Below the pieces are notes generated by a model. It saw only the letters and a program-made list of their open reading frames with translations, ran no database searches and was not told the DNA's origin. Below are positions 47,445 to 52,430 of a stretch of DNA of 52,430 nt, in pieces; position 1 is the first letter of the stretch; each line of letters opens with the position of its first letter. The position numbers and the translations under genes were made by a program. Location of the stretch: the IMG/VR virus record IMGVR_UViG_3300034065_000062, positions 1 through 52,430 of that record, one strand, 5' to 3'. The stretch is from a virus (lineage: Duplodnaviria > Caudoviricetes).

Positions 47445-47572
47445 TGGTGGTGACGGAAGGGATCGAACCTCCACTAGCCTGTTATGAGTAGGATAATCAA
47501 TAAGCGACCGGTTGAGTTAACAACAAAAAATGCAATCGATGTTTTACTGTGCTGCCATTACACTACATCACC
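47445..47572 (-). ncRNA. tRNA(CAT) carrying a 54-nt Y-RNA-like insertion in the anticodon stem
   Basis: Acceptor GGUGAUG/CGUCACC-A-CCA, D and T arms and loop CUCAUAA all intact; insert carries AACCG-N12-UUAUCC. Confidence 0.75.
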
Positions 47573-47660
47573 ATTTAAATTTTTATCAAAGAACTATTAA
47601 AATCCCAAGATTCAAACTATAAAGAATTATACCATACAGTTTGAATCTTGTATACATCAT

Positions 47661-47990
47661 TTAAACTTTATCTGGATATTTACTATCTAAAAAATCGATA
47701 TAAGCATGTGGGCTCATACCAGGTTCTAATACTTCAACATTCTTGAAACCATTGGCTTCAGTGATTAAACTTTCAGATGCATCAATGGCACCAGCATATT
47801 TGCGGAAACCGGGTTTATTCATCATCTCACCAGTAGCAGGATCAATGGAACCCCATTCAGTCCAATCTGTTTTACTACGATTGTCAATAGGTTCACATGC
47901 ATAAGTTTTACCAGTACGATTTGAATAAACAATAAATCGTCCAGTGTCATCAGTATTAGTTAGGAATTTTGTTCTTAGTTCAGGATTCAT
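47661..47990 (-). CDS. Hypothetical phage protein (109 aa)
   Basis: DTGRFIVYS.RTGKTY..EPI...WG..DPATG motif-rich ORF. Confidence 0.75.
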   Translation of the reverse strand: MNPELRTKFLTNTDDTGRFIVYSNRTGKTYACEPIDNRSKTDWTEWGSIDPATGEMMNKPGFRKYAGAIDASESLITEANGFKNVEVLEPGMSPHAYIDFLDSKYPDKV

Positions 47991-48011
47991 ATAAGGCCTT
48001 ATAGGTTAGGC

Positions 48012-48110
48012 TTAACGAATCAACCCCAGAGCGACTAGCTCTTTACGTGTCTCATCAGTTAAGCGTTGCAATTCATTTATTAGTTTTATTACATATTCTA
48101 ATGAGTACAT
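48012..48110 (-). CDS. Putative micro-ORF (32 aa)
   Basis: AGGTG RBS, MYSLEYVIKLINELQRLTDETRKELVALGLIR*. Confidence 0.45.
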   Translation of the reverse strand: MYSLEYVIKLINELQRLTDETRKELVALGLIR

Positions 48111-48125
48111 TTGGGCACCTATATA

Positions 48126-48611
48126 TTATGATGGTTGTTTAATTTTGTCTAATTCTTTTCTTACCCAAACTCTCGCATCTTTTTGATTATCAAAAATTGC
48201 AATGGGTTTACTACTTTCTGCCCATACTTTCTGTAATATAGGTTTCATTAAATTTGCTGCTATAACTTCATCATCTTTAATTACAAAAGCTGCACATGAT
48301 GAAATGGAATCCTTCATATATTGACTATAGACTTTTAATGCATCTGGTCCCATTTGAACATCTTTTTTAAATGTAGTAATTGCACCAAAAATTTTTGGAA
48401 TTTCTACCGTTTTAATTACTTCATCTCTTATTTCAGTAAGGTGAACAAAAAACTCTTTATTAAATGGACCAGTATATTCATGATAGATAATATCAGATTC
48501 CCACCATCTAGACTGTTCTCCATGTGGTGCAAATGGTGATGTTTTATTAGCATTTAATTTGCTGATAATTTCAGTCCATGATTGTATTGTATTAGGTTTT
48601 TTCTTTTTCAT
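48126..48611 (-). CDS. Hypothetical protein, possibly STAS/SEC14-like fold
   Basis: TGPFN.E...AAFV...IF.N..DA..W pattern; weak family call. Confidence 0.65.
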   Translation of the reverse strand: MKKKKPNTIQSWTEIISKLNANKTSPFAPHGEQSRWWESDIIYHEYTGPFNKEFFVHLTEIRDEVIKTVEIPKIFGAITTFKKDVQMGPDALKVYSQYMKDSISSCAAFVIKDDEVIAANLMKPILQKVWAESSKPIAIFDNQKDARVWVRKELDKIKQPS

Positions 48612-48672
48612 GCTAATATTTATTGCCTGGGAGGCATAATATAACAGTTTTATTGCATGAAGGGTTTGGAAA

Positions 48673-48748
48673 TAAACCTATAGTGGTAGTCGAAAACCAC
48701 ATTGCCAGCTATTAATCCGTCCGCGGAGACATCTCAAATATAGGTTTA
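48673..48748 (-). ncRNA. tRNA-like ncRNA, family copy 1
   Basis: 10-bp terminal stem; UUUGA...GAUUAAUAGCUGGCAAU + T-like arm GUGGU-UUUCGACU-ACCAC; core shared with 50515-50590. Confidence 0.6.
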
Positions 48749-48761
48749 CTTTTTTCATCAT

Positions 48762-48783
48762 AAGTGGGGAAATTTCCCCACTT
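48762..48783. terminator. Hairpin/terminator
   Basis: AAGTGGGGAAATTTCCCCACTT palindrome after the 48803 gene. Confidence 0.55.
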
Positions 48784-48802
48784 TCATCATACTAACCTTC
48801 GA

Positions 48803-49561
48803 TTACACTGGATAGGTTGCAGAAACTGCTGGCCCATAGGTAAGGGTACCTTCAGATTTTTCACCACGGTGATTTTTGTCACAACATTCACCTTTGATAT
48901 TACGGAAACGTAATTCATCAATGGTTTGGCTGTTAATAAGTGCACGAGTGGTATTACCATCATCGACAATCATGTGTTGTGTCTGTGCTGCGGCTAATGC
49001 AGATGCTGCAGATGCAACTTGACCCGCCAATGTAGAAGCTGCAGTGGTTTGCGATGCTGCTAATTGAATTGCTGCAAGAGTTGCATTAAAATTTGCATTA
49101 GTACTTGAAGTTAAAGCTGCAAGTGCTGTTGCATTACTAAAGTTTTGTGATTGACCTGCAATGAAATATGCTGTATCTTGTGCAACTATACGATCAGCAC
49201 TGTTGGCCACATCCGATGAAACTCCCCAAGCACCTCTATTAACATCAACACGTGTATCACTTGCTTCTTTTGCAACTTCTCTACGTGCATCTGATGATTC
49301 TTCTGCGGTTTCTCTACGAATATCTGATTGACCATGAAGTACTTGACTCATATCTACTAAACCTGTTACGGTTCCTGTTACTATATCTGCCATGATTATT
49401 TCCTTTAAAGTATCCGGAATTAACGAGTTCGTATCACCGGAAGTTGAACTTGTAATAGGAGGTACAACAGTATTTAAAATCTGTTCTGGAGAAACAATTT
49501 CTACGGGGGTAGAAACATCTAGAATTGGAACTGAAGGTTCAGTATTTTGAATAACGATCAT
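48803..49561 (-). CDS. Ala-rich coiled-coil hypothetical protein
   Basis: Possible starts at 49561 (AGGTG RBS) and 49393 (AAGGA RBS, MADIV); SD.RRE repeats; C-terminal ECC. Confidence 0.75.
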   Translation of the reverse strand: MIVIQNTEPSVPILDVSTPVEIVSPEQILNTVVPPITSSTSGDTNSLIPDTLKEIIMADIVTGTVTGLVDMSQVLHGQSDIRRETAEESSDARREVAKEASDTRVDVNRGAWGVSSDVANSADRIVAQDTAYFIAGQSQNFSNATALAALTSSTNANFNATLAAIQLAASQTTAASTLAGQVASAASALAAAQTQHMIVDDGNTTRALINSQTIDELRFRNIKGECCDKNHRGEKSEGTLTYGPAVSATYPV

Positions 49562-49570
49562 ATCACCTAT

Positions 49571-49671
49571 TAAACGTAACCTCATAAGAGGCTTTTCAGC
49601 AATCGCTGCTGTATGCGTTTCATGCCGGGCATGAAATACGTTTAAATCCGCGGAAGTAACTTTCTTACTTC
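49571..49671 (-). promoter_or_regulatory. Structured 5' leader (4-way junction plus upstream hairpin)
   Basis: UAAACGUA/UACGUUUA closes three hairpins directly before the RBS; TATAAATA at 49688-49695. Confidence 0.5.
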
Positions 49672-49754
49672 ATTCAATCGTTATTTGTATTTATAGAAAT
49701 GGAATAAAATTCTAAAAAAAAACTTATAATATTAAAAATTATTTTAAATATTTT

Positions 49755-49830
49755 GCGAAGACTAATATGATTGTCTCATCACTTTTTGCCAGCCCGCGGA
49801 CGAATTTACCAGCAAATTATTAGCCCTCAC
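49755..49830 (-). ncRNA. Unidentified small RNA (3-way junction)
   Basis: 13-bp terminal stem with several G-U pairs, two inner hairpins, TATAAATA at 49837-49844. Confidence 0.55.
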
Positions 49831-49882
49831 AAGATATATTTATAGATTTTGAAAATTTAGTAGTGTTTCTTCATGGAAATAT

Positions 49883-49955
49883 TGGCAGGGGTAGTAGGAA
49901 TCAAACCTACGGGTATCTGGCTCAGAACCAAATCCAATCTTCATATCATACCCCA
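49883..49955 (-). tRNA. tRNA-Gln(CTG), atypical D-arm
   Basis: Loop UUCUGAG, T-loop UUUGAUU, CCA. Confidence 0.7.
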
Positions 49956-49961
49956 ACTGTT

Positions 49962-50037
49962 TGGTACCCAGGGTCGGACTCGGACCGACATACTCCCACT
50001 TGTAAGGAGGGCGCTTGAACCTCTCAGCTACCCGGGC
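49962..50037 (-). tRNA. tRNA-Val(TAC)
   Basis: Loop CUUACAA, A73, CCA. Confidence 0.85.
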
Positions 50038-50045
50038 ATAAATTC

Positions 50046-50118
50046 TGGTAAGGGTGGAGAGAATCAAACTCTCTGACATCTGGCTCAAAACCAAATTCGA
50101 TTTTCATATCACACCCCA
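50046..50118 (-). tRNA. tRNA-Gln(TTG), atypical D-arm
   Basis: Paralog of 49883-49955; loop UUUUGAG, CCA. Confidence 0.7.
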
Positions 50119-50122
50119 ACTG

Positions 50123-50479
50123 TTACTGCTTAATTGTATTTTTACAATTATAAAATCTTTCAGACTTAACAACATTAAACTTAGTCAACCATTTCTGTTC
50201 AGTTTTTCTAATTAATGTTGCATCTTCAATAAACTCTAATATTATTCTTTTAAATTGAGTTATTCCATAATGCTCAAATACTCTTTTAAATCTTGATCCC
50301 GATCCTCGATAATCATCATTACAAATACCTTTATGACTACCAATATAAAACATATTTTCTGGTAAACATTTCCACATGTAAATAAAACCAGCATAAGACT
50401 CAGGTCTAGTGACATTGAGTTCTTCATAGTTATCTAATAAGGGATTTGTATGTGTTATGATAAGACGTTTCATAAACAA
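50123..50479 (-). mobile_element. Short GIY-YIG (Seg-like) endonuclease
   Basis: GFIYMW...FYIGSH...Y.GSG...E...FYN; TATAAATA at 50498-50505; inside the tRNA array. Confidence 0.75.
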
Positions 50480-50514
50480 TAATTAGTATTAAACTATTAT
50501 TTATAAAATAATTT

Positions 50515-50590
50515 TGGCTCCCGAGGCGTAAGTCGAAGTACGCATTACCAACTATTAATCGAGGGCGCGCCGGCCTGATCAAACTCGAGA
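50515..50590 (-). ncRNA. tRNA-like ncRNA, family copy 2, with encoded CCA
   Basis: Acceptor-like UCUCGAG/CUCGGGA-G-CCA; T-like arm GCGUA-CUUCGACU-UACGC; no canonical D or anticodon arm. Confidence 0.6.
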
Positions 50591-50598
50591 ATTGATTC

Positions 50599-50673
50599 TG
50601 GTGGTGATAGTTGGAGTCGAACCAACGTAGCCTACTTTATGAGAGTAGTTCATAACCATTCTGACATATCACC
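50599..50673 (-). tRNA. tRNA(CAT): elongator Met or Ile2
   Basis: Loop CUCAUAA, paired G1-C72, A73, CCA. Confidence 0.8.
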
Positions 50674-50674
50674 A

Positions 50675-51355
50675 TTATTTCTTTATACCTAAAACCCAAC
50701 CATCATTTAGATAGCTATCAATTTCAGATATTTGTATTCGTTTTGTTATTCCTTCTTTTGATACACATTTATTTCGTTTACCAAAATTTGAATTCTTTTC
50801 ACCTTGCTGGTGATTACTTTTCCTAAGAGTATTTATTCTTTTAATATTAGTATCTACTGAATTAACTTTTTTAATTGCTTCTGAGGAAAAATAACTAACT
50901 GATTTTCTACCATCTTTATATTGTTGCTTAAGAGTAATTGACATATTTACTGATTTTTTCTTAACCCAATCAGGATCAGTATTTTTTAATTCTATCTGTT
51001 TTAAATGAGAGTTTATAGCACGATCTTTTAATTGTTGTTTTGATAAAAATTTTGTAATAAATTCCCAACCACCTTCACCACCAATTTTAAGATTAATACA
51101 TAAAGATTCTTTTAAAATATCTTCATTAACTAATTGTGCTTCTCTAACTTTAAGTTCTGCTCTTGAATTAAGAAATTCAAGTATTTCTTTTTTATGGTTC
51201 TCATCGCCATATTTGCGTCTTGAGTAACCCAAAATTTTCTCACTTCCAAGATATCCATCTTCCAAGTTACTAGTTGAATGCATACCAATATAAAACTTAC
51301 CAGTAATTAAACAAGTAGTTTTATAGATATAGTGATACTTCTTTTGTTTGCGCAT
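50675..51355 (-). mobile_element. GIY-YIG Seg-like homing endonuclease
   Basis: HYIYKTT..ITGKFYIGMH...YLGS...E...NL..GG.GG; likely start MRKQKK at 51355 (AAGGA RBS); TATAAATA at 51375-51382. Confidence 0.85.
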
Positions 51356-51405
51356 TTTGTATTCCTTAAACATATATTTATAAGAATAGTACAAAATGGC
51401 GAATG

Positions 51406-51474
51406 ACCCACCACCCAGAGTCGAACTGGGCATTCAACGTTCGTAGCGTCAAAGTTATGTCCCATAATGGTGAG
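51406..51474 (-). tRNA. tRNA-Arg(ACG), non-canonical short D-arm, no encoded CCA
   Basis: Acceptor CUCACCA/UGGUGGG, loop CUACGAA, T-loop UUCGACU. Confidence 0.7.
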
Positions 51475-51958
51475 ATTGTTTTTCTATTAACCTTTCAAGA
51501 GGAGCAACATATTCTATCCAGGTCACATCTTGCACAAAGTCAGGATGTTTAAATATTGTACCTACAGTTTCAAATCCTTGATTTATAAAATAAGGACCTA
51601 CTTCTGTTTCTCTATCCTGCGGAACCAATTCAATTAATTCTTTAGCATCAGGATATTTAGCAATAAGGATTTCTGCTAATCTTTTTAAAGCAAGACTTGA
51701 ATAACCTTTTCCCTGTTCATCAGGAACTATTCCATGCCATGCTAATATAATACGGTTATCAACTAGATAATATCCAGTCAATCCAATAGGTTTATCATAC
51801 CAATTAAGTATTAGAAATTTTTCATTATCATCTAGTTCGGGATTCTCTAAAGTATAAAGACAATCTTCTTCAACTTCAGCAGATCGTTTTTCCCAAATAG
51901 ATTTAAATCCACGATAAGCAAATGGATTACTTATTAATTTTTCTAAACTTACGGACAT
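51455..51958 (-). CDS. GNAT-family N-acetyltransferase
   Basis: IGLTGY...LAWHGIVPDEQGKGYSSLAL...YF..QGF acetyl-CoA-binding motif. Confidence 0.75.
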   Translation of the reverse strand: MSVSLEKLISNPFAYRGFKSIWEKRSAEVEEDCLYTLENPELDDNEKFLILNWYDKPIGLTGYYLVDNRIILAWHGIVPDEQGKGYSSLALKRLAEILIAKYPDAKELIELVPQDRETEVGPYFINQGFETVGTIFKHPDFVQDVTWIEYVAPLERLIEKQSHHYGT

Positions 51959-51976
51959 ATATTATCCTATGTGTTA

Positions 51977-52050
51977 TGGTGCTTCTTGTAGGAATCGGAC
52001 CCACATTTATCGGTAATCGGCCGATCATTCTACCATTGAATTAAAGAAGC
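51977..52050 (-). tRNA. tRNA with aberrant anticodon loop CCGAUUA (nominal GAT; Thr-like body)
   Basis: Full cloverleaf and CCA, but C33 and U37. Confidence 0.6.
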
Positions 52051-52056
52051 ATTGTT

Positions 52057-52131
52057 TGGTGCCCAGACACTAGAATCGAACTGTGATCTATTCCTTACAA
52101 GAGAATCGTTCTACCATTGAACTATAAGGGC
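52057..52131 (-). tRNA. tRNA-Thr(TGT)
   Basis: Loop CUUGUAA, CCA. Confidence 0.8.
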
Positions 52132-52143
52132 ATAATTTAAAAC

Positions 52144-52219
52144 TGGCTGACCAGGCAGGGCTCGAACCTGCGACAAACGGATTAACAGTCCGCTACTCTA
52201 CCAACTGAGTTACAAGTCA
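52144..52219 (-). tRNA. tRNA-Asn(GTT)
   Basis: Canonical; loop CUGUUAA, G73, CCA. Confidence 0.9.
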
Positions 52220-52226
52220 ATTGTAT

Positions 52227-52305
52227 TGGCGATCCGTATCGGATTTTAACCGATGATCTTCTCCGTGACAGGGAGACGCATTGGGACGGGCTATGCTAAC
52301 GAACC
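52227..52305 (-). tRNA. tRNA-Asp(GTC), atypical D and T loops
   Basis: Loop CUGUCAC, G73, CCA; T-loop UUAAAAU. Confidence 0.78.
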
Positions 52306-52328
52306 ATATATTTATAAAATATTATGTG

Positions 52329-52403
52329 CTCCGGGAACTGGGAACGATCCAGTCTAATCATGATTAACAGTCATGCGGTTGCCACCAAGGCGCCTCCCCC
52401 GGA
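52329..52403 (-). tRNA. Atypical tRNA-Asn(GTT) without CCA, inside an extended stem
   Basis: Loop CUGUUAA; flanks ATTATGTGC/GCACATAAT extend the acceptor stem (52321-52412). Confidence 0.6.
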
Positions 52404-52430
52404 GCACATAATACTTCTACTACTCAATAA

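Noticed and set aside
48010-48064. Hammerhead ribozyme or C/D-box motif suggested by CUGAUGA on the minus strand
   Set aside because: No correctly placed GAAA core or stems; the sequence is explained by a 32-aa ORF with an RBS.
46344-51433. Track ORFs or ORF extensions overlapping tRNA genes (46344-46472, 49840-50094, 49873-50076, 51356-51433)
   Set aside because: They run through clear tRNA cloverleaves; better starts with RBSs exist downstream, or the ORFs are spurious.
45442-52412. HDV-like (theta) ribozymes after tRNA 3' ends
   Set aside because: Spacers after most tRNAs are only a few nt, and I could not fit the nested double pseudoknot to the longer ones by eye; a motif search would be needed to exclude them fully.
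1-52430. Genome-wide reassignment of TGA (genetic code 4 or 25)
   Set aside because: Many genes end in TGA, often in ATGA overlaps (e.g. 11463, 3217, 4163, 38899, 40225); Trp is normally TGG; and coding density is already high in code 11. Only three clear internal TGAs were found.
1-52430. CRISPR array or rRNA
   Set aside because: No regularly spaced identical repeats and no rRNA-like sequence; the repeats present are coding modules of fibres.

Overview
AT-rich, gene-dense segment of a large lytic dsDNA phage, most likely a T4-superfamily-like jumbo myophage. The basis is TATAAATA late-promoter boxes, Seg-like GIY-YIG endonucleases, a large tRNA array and Gly/Thr/Ser-rich tail fibres. Left to right it holds: nucleotide-metabolism genes (MazG-like, guanylate and dNMP kinases), a DinG-like helicase, a + strand tail-fibre/receptor-binding block (8.0-26.3 kb), a prkA/yeaG-yeaH-spoVR trio, bactofilin, DHFR, a DEDD exonuclease, Ro60/TROVE, HNH, 5'-nucleotidase, NUDIX, a PBP7/DacA-like peptidase, a short RF1-type release factor, homospermidine synthase and about 19 tRNA genes (45.4-52.4 kb). 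Two candidate systems stand out. (1) An RNA system built around Ro60: four Y-RNA-like elements share AACCG-N12(16)-UUAUC. One is a ~350-nt multi-helix RNA, and one is a circularly permuted Y module inserted into the anticodon stem of an otherwise complete tRNA(CAU). Several other unexplained tRNA-like or structured RNAs sit nearby. (2) A possible conditional UGA-readthrough circuit: the RF1-like gene and two tail/receptor-binding genes carry in-frame TGA codons at conserved Trp/Arg positions, while TGA is still a normal stop elsewhere. The tRNA array holds the UGA near-cognate tRNAs, including a tRNA-Trp with A24. All family calls come from motif recognition by eye and RNA structures were folded by hand; no database searches were run.
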